The notes beneath the pieces are model-generated. The model was not told where the DNA came from, did not search any database, and was given only the letters and a program-made list of their open reading frames with translations. Made by a program: the position numbers and the translations under genes. 64,000 nucleotides of DNA from Kudoa neothunni (Eukaryota; Animalia; Cnidaria): contig OZ199840.1 of assembly GCA_964304625.1 (NCBI GenBank), positions 6,318,920-6,382,919 of the forward strand. The letters run 5' to 3'. Below are positions 1 through 13,654 of the stretch, in pieces (position 1 is the stretch's first letter; each line of letters starts with the position of its first letter).

Positions 1-327
1 TTCAAAGTCTATGGGATATATATCACTCGTCAGAATACAAACACCAGTACAAATACCATTGAGATTTAGTATTTCTAACCATTGGTCACATTTGTCAACG
101 GCACAGGTTAACAACTGAACAAAATTCAACTCTTCATTGTTTTCATATTCGCTCGCATTGATAGCACAATTACATTCGGAAAGATATTTCAATAGAGCTA
201 TTACCTAATTCAAAATACAATTTTTACGATAAATTATGATGAGGTGTTGGACTACTTTGGTCTTGTCAATGTTGCAGTTATGTGTTATATTCTTTTTGTT
301 TAATGCGCTATCACGAGCTGATGCCAT
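1..327 (-). CDS. 5' part of an unknown spliced protein-coding gene (runs off the window edge)
   Basis: ATG at 327; exon 256-327 (MASARDSALNKKNITHNCNIDKTK); 51-nt GT-AG intron 205-255; open frame VIALLKYLSECNCAINASEY...DIYPIDFE to base 1. No recognisable motif. Confidence 0.6.
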
Positions 328-513
328 TTCTACTGATTTTCAGTTAACAAATCCGACTCAAACAACAGCGTCTCGTGTAATGCGTACGGTGATCGCGCAT
401 GCTAATTTTATCTGGTTTCTAAGAATTATAACTCATTTTCTCAACTAAATTTCCAAACTATTTGATAAATTAAATCTGTGATTTCTAAATATTATTTTCA
501 ATATCACAATAAT

Positions 514-1385
514 ATGCCAAAAAAACCAAACGTTGTACAAGTTTCCGACCCGAAACATCTTAGCCAAAAACAACGCACAAAACTTAAGAGTCATTTACAA
601 AATTTGAAAGATGAAAAGTTGAATGAAGATTTAAAATGGATGGAAACCGATAAAAATGTTTTAAAAAAACAGGCACGAAAAGTATTTTAAAGTTTTGCCT
701 ACATGGAGATGGAATGCATAATTAATTTTCATTCGGTGGATTTTTAGGAGGACAAAAAGCTCAAACAAATGGAAAGCAATGAACGAAAAATATTACTGAA
801 GAAAAAAGCCGACGAAGAATTGGACCAAATGGAACAATCCGCTAAAACATCCAAACCATGCCACAACCGATATTATGCACCGCGAATGACACAAGCTCAG
901 ATTGAAGAATCGAAAAAAGTCACTGGAAATGTTGGTCGTACCACCCATATCTCTTCGTTGGATGTTGAAGGCGGTAATTTATATATGTAGTTGGTGTCGT
1001 AATTTGTTTTTTCTACCGTTTTGAAGACGATAACCAGCCAAAACTGCAAAAAAATGTTGTCACCCAAGACTACACCAACTTGGAAAATGTAAATCGTATC
1101 AATTCTGACACTGCCCATGCAACCAATGTGGATGAAGCTATCAGTTTGCTGTCAAATATCGTGGGAAACACTTCAATAGACAATGGAGATTCTTCACTGC
1201 ATAAAAATGCCTCATATTCCGATTCTAAATCTAGAGTTAAGTCTTCGGCACGATTTGCCAACTTCAAAAAGAGAGAACTTCCTCGACTTAAAACTGAACA
1301 CCCCACTCTCACCTATTCCCAACTAAATCAAATGATTGTGAAGTTGTGGGTTAAATCCCCTGAAAATCCTGCAAATTTCACTTAG
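514..1385 (+). CDS. CCDC124: Coiled-coil domain-containing protein 124 (Lso2-like ribosome-associated factor), 3 exons
   Basis: Exons 514-681, 748-973 and 1027-1385 join in frame over GT-AG introns. MPKK start, EDLKWMETDKNVLKKQARKEDK, ENVNR, ATNVDEAISLL and ELPRLKTEHPTLTYSQLNQMIVKLWVKSPENPAN match the family. Confidence 0.9.
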
Positions 1386-2141
1386 AAACTGCATTTTATA
1401 ATATTGTTGCATCTTTGGTTGGTCAAAAAGTACACGCCATGTATATACTTAATATACAAACTGTTGAATCGAATATTTACAACTCAACCAACTTTTGGAT
1501 TATTAGTTCTTTCGGTGTCTCATTTTAAAATTCTCCGAATTTAATACATTTCGCTGAATTATGCTGATTTGTAGCTAATCATTGAAATATTTTTTAATTA
1601 ATATTTTGAATTTTCAGTAATTTTGGGGGGTTTAAAATTTATGCAAATATTTGAAGAGTAATCTTAATAATTTTCTAGAGATAAGAATTGATAGAATAAA
1701 TTTTAATCTCAAGTTATATTATTTTGTTAAGATAAATTTTAGTTTATGGGCGAATATTTTTATTATTAAAATTCTCATATGGGTGAATCTTAAAAATTTC
1801 AACGCCAGACAGCAATAAACTTAAATTAAGTGAGATTAATAGAGCATACCGGACTCAATCCAATCATAACTAAGTCCAAATTACACAGTAATTAAAATTT
1901 AAAGGATATAGCATTAAACGTGCTAGGAACTTTGTACGCCAGTTTAGTTTGGATCAGCGCTTCAAATATTGAAGGTGCTTAGGTATTCGCAGTTGATAAT
2001 GACACAAAATTTTTATAATAGTTTAATTTTAAAATTTTACTTTATTTTTAATGAGAATAGTTTTTTTAATTGCTAATGAAGGACTAATTATGACAGAATT
2101 CAGGAATCTCGAGAGGTTTGCCTTATTTTATTTAGTAACTA

Positions 2142-2260
2142 CAGTCGAGATTCGATATTGCGTAACCTTTGTGACCGAGAAAAAATTACGCAATAAAAAG
2201 TTTTTCCGGAATATCGAGACGCGCACATGCATGGCTCCTATGATCAATCGGGAATTAAAT
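2142..2260. mobile_element. Solo end of a pogo/Tigger-type element
   Basis: TA-CAGTCGAGATTCGATATTGCGTAA plus subterminal TTACGCAATA resembles the TIRs at 29867, 44841 and 48103. No partner end found. Confidence 0.5.
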
Positions 2261-2354
2261 TTATATATTTTATAAGCTTGGTTCAGGCTCAATTAGTAAT
2301 CAATAGTAGCCGATCAAACGATAAAAATTACTACATAATGTATCAATAATTTAA

Positions 2355-4319
2355 TTATTTTTTCGTGTACAATTTTTCATTCTCATCAACCAACCATTGC
2401 TTCAACGAGGAAATGTCGCCATGAAATGATGAACTTTCATCACATAGGATGGCAGGTGGTATATTTGGGATATTAAGAAGTAAAGGAAGCATCGATATTT
2501 TTAACTTGCCAATCAACGCAACTCGTTCTCCACAATAATAAAAGGAATCCTTATGGTAGAATAACACTTCGTCAAACTATATTAATGATATAGATTAATG
2601 TATTATAATTCACCAAGTCAATTCAACGATATTTACTAATAAAAATTACTTTGTAAGGAAGGGTGCTGTGCTCCAAGAGATAGTTAGACATGAGCTCTAT
2701 TGAAAGATTGGAGCAGGGTTTAGGCATCACATAAAATTTTTCAATGATGGTCAGTATACTCTATACCAGTTTATAATTAGCGTTTCAATTATTTAATCTT
2801 AATATAAATTTAACTTGATAATTTTTGTTTGGCATCAGTTGAAAATGGTCGTTTATTCTACTTTGGATGAAAAATAATCTCATTTCAGCCTATGTTTCGT
2901 AAAAAATATATAAAAAGCAATTTAGCCAAATAAGTTACAGGACAATCAATCAAATACAATCCATTCCATGCCATGACGTCCATTACATATAACGAATTGG
3001 TGGTTGAATCATAAATGCAATCCAGCGTGGTCATATCTAACCCAAAATTAATGTTTGGTTATTTATGCACGCTGCGGAATAATTTTGGTGTATTTCAAAG
3101 AGAACTACTCGTACAACTAACATGCATTAATAAGTAGAGTAAGTATTATCTCAATTAATATTAAGAATCTCCTCTAAAAAGTAAGAATCTAAAGCATATG
3201 AATTTTAAAGGTATGATGAACTTTGTTGAACCTACCTATATAAAAATTTATAATATATTAGATTTTAAAATTAAATTAGTCATAGTTAATATTGAGGTTA
3301 ATGATTGTTTAGAAATTAGTTCACAAATATTACAAAATATATTATTATGTAAAAATTATAGTAAATATTTTCTATCTAAATGATTATTAGGTTAATCAAT
3401 ATCTTTATTTAATAGTTATCAATGGCATCAAATAAAAATTAAATATTCCACTTGTTCATTTCGCTGTTTGGGCGCTTAAAAAAATCAAAATATGACAAGA
3501 TAAAATAATTTAAAAAAATAAATTAGTGTAAAATTTTACAATAAACAACAGTGTCTATAATTAAAAACATCTAAATTTGTTAAATTCGTCAGACAATAAG
3601 CTGCTCTTTAAAATGAGATAAAATATTCAACGCATCAAGAAAAATTTATTTTAATTGGTACATTTAGTTACATTAAAAGGTAACTCTTACTTAGGAATAG
3701 GATAATTAAAATAAGTTTCAAAATTTGAACAATTACTTTTCAAAGAGTTGCCATATCTACTTCCGCCAGGGAAAATAGAACATTCGAAAGATTTCAAACA
3801 GTTTCCTTTTTCAGAATATAAATAGGTTCGATTCTGTTAAAAATGATCAATAAATGGAAACATATAATAGTTAGTTACCTTCTTAGCAATCAACAAACAA
3901 CGTTTTCCTTTTGGTTTGAGCATCATCAACCATTTCTCAGATAAATCTTCTGGGATGTCAGTAAGCCATTCAAAAAGCATCAACTAATTTAAATTAAGAT
4001 TATCAAAAGAAAATACTTAAGAAATACTTTGTTGTGAAAAACAGACGTTTCAGGTTTTGATACCGAAGGCTCGCTAACTTCAAGCGGTTTTAAGATTGCT
4101 CTGAAATTAGAGATTAGAGCCTCGCGTTCCCTATCATCGGTTAAACAATATTAAAAAATTAAAGACGACAATCTATGAATGTACTGCTGTTGTCGCTGGA
4201 GATTTAAGGTTCTTCTTTGTTTTTGGTCGTTTATAGCTACAGTTCGGCATTTGTAGAGATCTTTAAAAGATCTACAATTGTATCTCAATTTTTTTCAAAA
4301 AATAAATATACTTTTCCAT
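2355..4319 (-). CDS. SNUPN: Snurportin-1 (m3G-cap snRNP import adaptor), about 9 exons
   Basis: Spliced frame gives IBB-like LYKCRTVAINDQKQRRTLNLQRQQ, LMLFEWLTDIPEDLSEKWLMMLKPKGKRCLLIA, FPGGSR, TTLDCIYDSTTNSLYVMDVMAWNG, AEMRLFFIQSRI and FDEVLFYHKDSFYYCG. One long (~700 nt) intron. Start codon is tentative. Confidence 0.88.
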
Positions 4320-6377
4320 CTTTCACAGGTTTCGAACTGTTAAGGTGCGCCTGCGTGCGTTTCGTATGTAATCTGTTATCCATATAAAAAATTATCGCGT
4401 TTTTGATACAGTAAGTGTGAAGTATTAGCGCCAAGAAAGCGTGTAACAGTAAGTCACGAAAATCAAATAATCTTAAGAAATTTTTATCACTTTTACATAT
4501 AATAACAATTTTTATCCCTTGTTGTTGCTGATTGAATAGAGGTAATTAGCTCTACCCTATTCGTTCTAGTTTCCACACCCCGTATCGAACAAAAAATTAC
4601 AAAACGGATTTGTTTTTAATCGGAAAAAGTATTTCTATTAAAATTGTATTAACACGTAAAGAACCGGTCCATTTTGATGAAAAAAACGAATGTAAATAAA
4701 ATAAATACAAATGATAATAAATAAAATGGTTGAATTTTTCTCTTTTATTTTTGGTCTATAATCAAGCCTAATAGGGGGTTTATTAGAAAAGATATGCTTA
4801 AATCAAAATTTTTAAATGAATTAGATATTTAATATTTTAATGCAAAATATCAGATGTGATCAACCGTGCGCGCGCGAAACATTTGGTTTTGTAGTTTTTT
4901 ATTTAATTATAGCCATAAAGTTGAATGAGTAAAATAAACATGTGAATAAATGGCGAATGTAAAGTTTTAGTTTATTTAATTTTTAGATGTGAATTGGTCT
5001 TAACTTTAAATTAACAAATTTAATATTACTCAATAAAAAATCTAAAAACCTTAATTTTGACGATAATTATAATTAAGTTCCATATTTCATTTTATCTCAC
5101 CTAAAAATAGATAATACAACTTTTAAGAATCCATCAATTTTGGTTATATTTTATAGTTTGTTTGTAATTTACACTAAAAAGTGAATGTCTCTAAATTGTT
5201 ACTTCAATCATTTAATGTTTAATAAAATGATTTGTTTATGAATACAAAAGAAACACATTATCGTCTTCGTAATATTATATTAATAAAAAAATGTGGAATA
5301 CAAGCGTAAATTAATTTTCAATAAAAGCCATTAAATGACTATTGTATATCAACGTAATTCAGCGTGGATTGTGCGCGATTAGTACATGATATAATGTCGA
5401 AAAAGTTTCGATTATGTAGAATCAGTATATTACGTACAAAACACGTTCGGTCGTATAATTTTTTAGTAATTCAAAGTATGAGCCTTGGACCCTCAGTCAC
5501 TGTCTACCCCAATCGGGAAGCCCTGAATTCAATCATTTATCCGGCAGATTAATTAGCACAATATCCTGTGCAGAATTGTTTCAACCTTTCTGTTGGAAGT
5601 GATAAATTGATGATCGACAGTCGTCTCGACATATAAAATTAATTTCTTTAAATTGTAAATTTTGTATTAAGGTATTTGCCATATTCAAATATAAATATGT
5701 CTTCTTTTGAGATTATTTCACTTATTATGTACGCAGCATTTTACTTCTGTTAGAGTTGTTTTATTGAATTGGATTATAAACTTGTTGGTCCGAGAGCCCA
5801 TTATCTCCGATCATTAAAAACTTAAAAATTATTTCTCATGATTTTTTAGAATTTCATTAGGTATGTTAGTTTATGCCATGCTAAATTACAGTATAGTAAT
5901 AATTATCGTTCCTCATTTGGGGAAGGCTATTGTATTATATTCATACTTATTAGTGATATCCCAGTTTTAATTTAATTTGATCAGCCACCGAAGATGAGAA
6001 ACAACAATATATAATTTGCATATAAAAACTCTGCGTAAAACTTGTTAATTACTGTAGTTATACAGGTAAAAATATCAATACCTTTAAAGAATTTATTATT
6101 CTTTTAAATCTTACAACAGTCTCTCAACCATTGATTCAGCTAAATAACATTGTTCTACTATTTTATATCATTGATTTAGTGTGGAACGAAAGAAGATTCA
6201 CTGTGCTTTTAAGTTATATCTTTTCAAGTGTTTTCCAAAATTAAAAATATGCTTAAAATTGCTCTAATACGGATCGATCAACGCGAACTTTATATACCGG
6301 TAAAAATTAATTGAAAATATAGCAATAATAAGAGTTGATTTAATGATCTTGAATCTACATTTTAATAGTTTGTTTTT

Positions 6378-7965
6378 TCAGCTGTTAGAATCAATAGGAG
6401 GGACCCATTCCAACGAATTGATCCACCCTTCCACTGTTGGTTCGGTGTTGAGAGAATTACTGATATAAACGTTGCTTAGCATTTTTTTGATATCTGGCCT
6501 TTCTTGGGGATTCTTTAATAAACTATATCGATTCGATATAGAAAATGATAAACAAATTTTGTTAATAAGTTATTACCATGATTTGACAATCTCACAAAGT
6601 TCTAAGGAAAAGTGTTGTTCCGGCAGTCGAGGTGAATCCTAAAACAAAAAATTGGACCAGATCAATTTTAATCAATCGATATTCCACCTCTTCGACAATG
6701 TATTCGAGGAGTTCAAATATAGCAAGAGATTTTGGTTGTCTCAATAGGTTGTAAAGTTCAAATTCAGTGGTTTTCTCACGTCGTTTATTTCCATAGCTTC
6801 GATTAAAGTGTAGAATTTCGTCCATTTCATCTGGTTTAAGAGCTGGTATAGGATATACCCCCAAGCACATTTCCACAATCGACAACCCTAAACTCCAAAT
6901 ATCTGATCTTTGGTCGTATTTGGATCCAAGCAGTCGTTCAGGCTAAAAAAGGTCTTATATTAGACATTGTGTATTTTGATTTTATCTGCACATGGATGGT
7001 TGCTAAAATATACCGCCATATATGATCGGGTTCCAACAAATGAATTAGCCATCGAATCGATCAACTGACCACTGACCCCAAAATCGCACACTTTTACATC
7101 CCCCTTCGAATTTATTAGAATATTTGAAGGTTTTATATCTTGGTATAAAGTGAAAATTTGCATAAAATAATTATAAACCTCTATGAAGCATGTTCAAATT
7201 ACTCTTCAAATAGTTTAAACCTTCAAGAACCTATTGAAGAATTATAATAAATTAGCCAACTATAACACATACAAATTGAACTATCTTGGATACGACATTC
7301 TCGGGAATATAACCATAATTAGCAATGACTTTATCTAAGGATCCACAATTCTAAATTACATCAATAAATTGTACGACCACATAGGTTGGTATTACCATGT
7401 GTTCCATACACACGCTTATTTCACGGTTGTGATAAAACGAACCGAAATAAGTGACTATATATGGGCAGTTACAAACATGTAAGGTTTGAAGTTCTCTAAG
7501 AATCAGCGTACGAACGGACTGTTTCACTTCCATGTGTATCATCTAGCAGGAATAACATACATGAGTAATTGAAAATGTTTTACTTTGCGAGCCATCACTT
7601 TTCCGGTTGGTTTGTGAAGCACTTTTTTCACACACCCACTACCACCTGATCCCAGCTCACAAATGTCTTCAAAATCACCATGAGATAATGCTGGAATTTG
7701 AGAACTAGAGCTGCACTTAGGTTGGAAAGTTTCTTTGAGTTGTTCCTTCTTTTCTTGGTCGAGTGAAATTCCATGGAATTCTGTGTGCTTTTCAGGGGTG
7801 GGTGTAGGACCGCTAAAAAGTGGGATCAATAGTAATTTTAGCCTGAACCAAAATAAGCCATATTTTTATGTAATACCTGGGAGATTTTCTGTCACCAGCA
7901 ACAGCAGTACTGGGAGTTATTGGAATACTTAACCTTAGGTTTGGTCGTTGTTTGTTTTTCTTCAT
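6378..7965 (-). CDS. MAP2K1: Dual-specificity MAP kinase kinase MEK1/2, 9 exons
   Basis: N-terminal D-site ([13 protein letters not shown]), [70 protein letters not shown] and [10 protein letters not shown]. All introns GT-AG. MEK1 versus MEK2 is not resolvable. Confidence 0.93.
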
Positions 7966-8911
7966 ACTACTACTATTGGAAACCCAAAAATGAGAAACGT
8001 GCTAAGTAATGCTATAATAAACGCTTTTATTGGTTTTGTGCAATATACGCGATAAAAATATCACCGAAAATCTCAGTTAATAGTCTTAACCCTTACGAAT
8101 ACTAACTCTTTGTATTGATCCGAATTTTTCTCATGAGAGTTAACCACAACTAAAATAAATATCTAAGAAAATACTTCAATGACATTCGCTTTAGTTTTTG
8201 TATACAGGATATATTCGTATAACTATTTTTTCACTGAACGATAACATAAAACAGTTTGGAGAGCTCATCCAAAAAAAGTATGTTCACAAAATTATTCCCA
8301 TTATAAACTATTTTTTTATTTAAATTAATAATTAAGGCTTAAAGTGATTCATTTATAAAACTATCACAACCATTTAGTTATGTCAATATAAAGGTTTACA
8401 GATGGTTGTGTCTGCAGCATGTCTGCGAAATCAACCCTTCTATGTGTCAATACATACACACACATCGTGAGTCAGTGATTATTTACGCTAAGATTAAATT
8501 ATTCCTCACTTTAATAATATGACAGGTACGTTCAATCAAATTATATTTTATTTTTTCCAGTATCCAAATGACAATTTATGTAGAGTGATTGTTTCTAAAC
8601 TCAAATATATTTCATTAAAATCTTGAGGAATAAATCCCTCTAGAGTGGGTTACCAAACAGATTTCAAGAATATAAATGTCAGCAATTAAATTCTAAAGAC
8701 TAAATTGTGGGATTAATTATCAGTTTGATATATCTTCAATTAAAAGGTCGTAAAATTTCACCCAAGATACGTCCGTCGGTTGTCCTTAATATAAGCCTTC
8801 TAATACATCGGAATATAATCGGATCTTGCCCAAGTAACCCTATCAAATAAATGATTGCGTTAACGTATATGTTAGCTAATTTAAAAGTGACACAGAAATT
8901 CTTATTCCAAG

Positions 8912-11328
8912 AAGCAGTGGCTATTATCACGCTAGCGTATATTTCCACGTCGGGGCTGTCTATTGCCACGAAAACGAATTTCTCCTAATTCTGATGATGC
9001 TTAGACCTATAATTTTCTTTACTACATAAACATATTTTTATCTATTAAATTTTACGATAAAAATCGATGACTTAAAAGTCTAAAATATCAGTTTATATAG
9101 GTATATATATAATGATCGTTGAAATAATTTTTGATTTTATATTATCACAATTGAGTATTTCTAGACTGTTTTAAGCCCTAATTTGATGATCCATCCTCAA
9201 ATCGACCTAACCAAATCAAATCTATTAAAGTACACAACCTGTACGTGCATATATATACACACACACTTGTTTGTTCGTTAAAAGATATTTTACCAGACCT
9301 TATAGGGTATTTTAAATGGCTAACCCTGAAAAATGGTATAAAAGTGTTATGAAAATAAACTTACAAAATTTGTAATACTTCTAATTATGAATTATGTTTT
9401 ATATTTAATATTCATGATTATAAATAATTTTTCCTCATTAATATGAATTTTTTAAAGATATTTATAATATGCGAGAATAAGAAATATATAAGGCAGTGCT
9501 GAGAGTGATACCTTTTAAGTGGAGAGAAGATTCATCTCATTTCATCAGCAAGAAGATTCTTTAAAGTCATACGAAAAAAATCACTACGTAACTTAATAGA
9601 TTGAGATTAAAAAAACTTATTTATGTCAAACGTTTTCTCTTCCAAAAAATTTAATGGGAAATTAAAATACTGTTATAATTAGTAAATTTGTTATTTTGGC
9701 CACCATTATCGTAATAGATCAAGGGGTTAAGAGAGGCTAAAACTTTGTGAGGCACCTGTCAAACTCATTAAGGTATGAGTCAGCTCCGATGGAAAAAAAC
9801 TTGAAATAAAATTTTTACACCTAGCACATAACCACAGAAGAAATCAGGTTTTCTTCAAGTGTACCGCCACAACGTAAATTAGACCGCAATAGTAAATTAA
9901 GATCAAAATTAATTTCTATGTTTGCCAATGAAAAAATGCTGCAGTCTAAAATAAAATAAGAAACGGGTGTAATGATTACACTCAATTTCATACATTTTAC
10001 GAAAAAGCATCTTCTTATCGTAATGAAATCAACTATTTTTATAAGATTTTAACTCTGAATCATAAGTGTGACGTTAGAATTCTTACTGAAGACGAGAATC
10101 AACTTTGTGCAATGATACTCATAGAGGATGAGATGCAGGTTTTTTCTCTTTTCCCAGAACTACTTATGTTGATATAATCTAAAAATTACTGGAAGCACGA
10201 TAAAAAACTCAATATTCATAATTTATTTTTTAAACTCTCAATTACATTAAACTTTCTTCAGTGTTTCCCAATACCTAACAGTTAACGATTTTTCATCAAG
10301 CGAGTCATACAAGTAGTGCATGCATTATCTGTAAAAAAAGAGGCTATTATAAATTAGTATATTAATGAATTAATGTCTATTCTGTCATCGATAAAGGAGA
10401 AGGTATTTTCTATAATCACCAGCAAAGATTTGAAAGTCTTGAAAAACAATTCTCTGAATGCTAAACTACTTTATGTAAATTTCACGTTTTGAAAATTTTT
10501 GAGTGATAGATATTACTTTAAATATACAATATCACGCGTGAATTAAAAGATTTGATTCTAGAAATTCTTCAAAAAATAATCTTCGATAGAGATTAAGATG
10601 ATTATCAGAAAATGGGCATTGAACATAACAGCTAAACGTTGAGGATTTTAATTTGTATTTTAAAAAGAATTGATATCCAATTAGATCACAGTGGATTAAT
10701 TTATCAGACAATATAAAATCAACCAAATCTACTGGAATTCTAAGGTTTTAGTTTGAGTGTATCTTCCTACATTTTTTGCAGATTTTACACTTCCTAAAAG
10801 GTCTGAAGCAGTATGAAGACTAAGGGGTTTTCGAATGATTGCAATCGGAAGGAAAAAAACAAACTACATAGTTAAATTATAAATTCATGAGTTATAATAA
10901 AGTTTATTCGTGTTTTGTCAATCATTCTTGCGTAATTTTTTCTATTTACCGTAAAATTCAAAGATACTTGAAATTCAATCAACGATTATACGACCCCTAT
11001 TTATGACTTAAGAATCCGATATTGTGTTTAAGATACCTATTAGTTATTATTCAAACTTTTTAAGTAAATAACTTTATCATAAAACATTTAATAATAACTA
11101 TGTAACTATTTCAACAAGTGTGAAAAATACGCGGCTATATCCTGTATAGGCCAAAATTAGGTGAATGAAGTTTCATATGAAAATTAGAATTTTATAGCAA
11201 AAAAAAGTTCTCAATAAAAATATGTAAACAGAAATATATAATATTGTGTAGTTATGGAGAAATTCGTTTTCGTGGCAATAGACAGCCCTGGCAAGGGATT
11301 ATAGGCTAACGTGGTAATAGCCAGCGCC
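8912..11328. mobile_element. Non-autonomous DNA transposon with ~70-bp TIRs and an 8-bp TSD-like repeat
   Basis: GGCTATTATCACGCTAGC...GGGCTGTCTATTGCCACGAAAACGAATTTCTCC (8919-8985) is inverted at 11256-11322. Flanks ATTCCAAG / ATTCCAAA. Superfamily unassigned. Confidence 0.65.
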
Positions 11329-11712
11329 ATTCCAAATTGCATCTACGCTCGCGCAGTATCCATTTTTTAATCCCAGCAACTCCTATTTATAATTTATCTA
11401 TAAAATTCATTTTTTAGAATTTGTTATGGTTAATTATTTTTTGAGCTCTCACTACCAATCCTATGTGATGAAAATAACTGAGTACAGTCCAAACTACACA
11501 TGTCAGAATATTAATATCTGTGCCAATAGCCATTTCCTTTAAAAATGATGTCCTCTGCCAATTATAAACATATGTGTTCTACAATATAGGTCTATTATTA
11601 TAGATCAGAAGCTCGCCTAACATTATTAATTTCTTCGATCTCAGATTGTTGCAAAGTTTTGAATAATACAAGTTTTGAATGATTAAATATTAGATGCAAG
11701 GAAAATTCAAAA

Positions 11713-13575
11713 TCTAAATAAAAATAGGCTGAAATATATATATATATATATATAGATTCTTATGTCTGTCAGTGTGTGTGTTTGCAGCAGTATGCATGTG
11801 CCATGGAGGAACTTTTTTAAATACATATTTTAGTTTGCATTTGAATAGATTATATCATTAATAAAAATCGTTCATTTACTTAGAAGTATAAATATAATCA
11901 ATACCGCAGTCAGAAGGAAGGAGTTTTCTGGTTGCTTACATCAATTAGCAGATTAAAAGTTACCTACATAATATTGATGTTTGTTTACTTCAGAGTGATA
12001 CTCAATTAGAATGAACTTTTACTCTCGATATACTAGGTAAATCCGTTAATTTTGGTTTAGAATGTTTCAAAAATGTTACATATGTCTGTTTGAGGGAGTG
12101 TTAAGACAGATAATGCCAATAGAGCCATATTTACAAGAGATGTAGCATTTCCCTTAAAATTTTAAGAATACTCAAAGTATTTCGGATGTATTTTCATTTT
12201 TCAACTGTTATGGATATAGTTAAGTGAAAAGATTATGATCTTTTTAAATAAAACATATAATTTGAGATTATAAGTTGTTGCTACGTTGGAATAATTTTGG
12301 TCTCTGTATGCATTCTAAAAACGATGTAAGATGTGTGTAGAGTTTTCAAATAATTAAATTTTCGTGAAAATTTCTTTTTACCAAATATATCGATTGAGAT
12401 TAAAACTATATACGTATTTTCGATTAGTTTTTACTTATTTTTTGGTTTTCCTAAACTTTCTTGCAAAATAGCTGGAATAACTAGTTTGATAAATTTCTAT
12501 ATTTGATGAAATAATTTTTTTAAATAATGTTTAGGTTCTTAGTAACCTAATTATTCCTTACCCTAGACCTTAAGATTAATATTCAAATCAATATACTGTT
12601 TTCTTTAGGCTTGCATTAATTCATTATGATATAAAAGCTGCACAAAATACAATCCCCTCTCAATACGTGTCATGTAAGTTAATAAGAAATTATTGTCTAT
12701 TCGATCTAACCGATATTTTCACAAAGTTTTCGTTAATCTAAGAATAGTTCAATAAGAAGTAATTTTTTTAGCGAAATCAAATAGTACGTTAATTTTTAAA
12801 GGGGTGCATTCCTCCAAGAAAACCAGTTGATGTTTAAGCATCGCTGTAATTTTTCAAACCAAAAATACCTTTACATTTTTGATTTAATCGTATTTTGTTA
12901 ATTAAATGTGTATATTTTTGAACCAGTAAGTAATCTTGATAAAAAGCAAGGTTGGATTTATTTATAAATGGGGAAATTTTGTTACAATAATGAATACGTA
13001 AGTTACTGCTCACAGCTTTTTAAAACATCATTGGCATCGTTATAAAATTGCGAAAAAATGAGTAACAATTAATATTTATATTTCGAAGGCAAGTTAGGTT
13101 GATTTTATTTTTTTAGCGTTTGTAGACTAATAATAAATTTTATAACTAGAAGGATTAATTTTTATCGCAAAATTTTGAAAAGAATTGAAAGTCCTAATTC
13201 AGTTACTTAATGATTTTATTTTATAAATAAATAAATGAACTTTAATTGTTAATTAAATTTCTCTTAAGATTAAAGTAATTATATTTTTGGTCGATAATTT
13301 GTAAAATAAACTTAAAATTATTCATTAATTTTTCTCCATACCTCTATTTATATTTGAATGGAAAGTGCGCGCATAATTTTGTTTTTCTAAATCATCACAT
13401 TGCAGAAATAATGACAGGCTTTAAAATACAACAATTAAAATAGAAAAATAAAATTTACAGGATTTAACGTGATAATTAGATTAAATCTTCCGGATAATTT
13501 CTCCATTCAAAAATAGAACTAAAAGTTAAAATTTTCCATCAAATAGTACCAGGCAAAGCTGGGCATTAGCGCTAG
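11713..13575 (+). mobile_element. Non-autonomous Helitron-like element, copy 1
   Basis: A|TC start followed by (AT)n and GT-rich tract. 3' hairpin CCAG-GCAAAG-CTGG then GCGCTAG|T. Region 11.9-13.57 kb is repeated at 36.1-39.5 kb. Confidence 0.6.
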
Positions 13576-13654
13576 TACTAAATAAATTTTTAATGAAAAG
13601 CCTGAAGTTAATAATATTCGATATACATTTAATTAATAACTATATCGCTTGGAT

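Noticed and set aside
236-448. Plus-strand 70-aa ORF with a signal-peptide-like start
   Set aside because: It overlaps the better-supported spliced minus-strand gene and the promoter gap.
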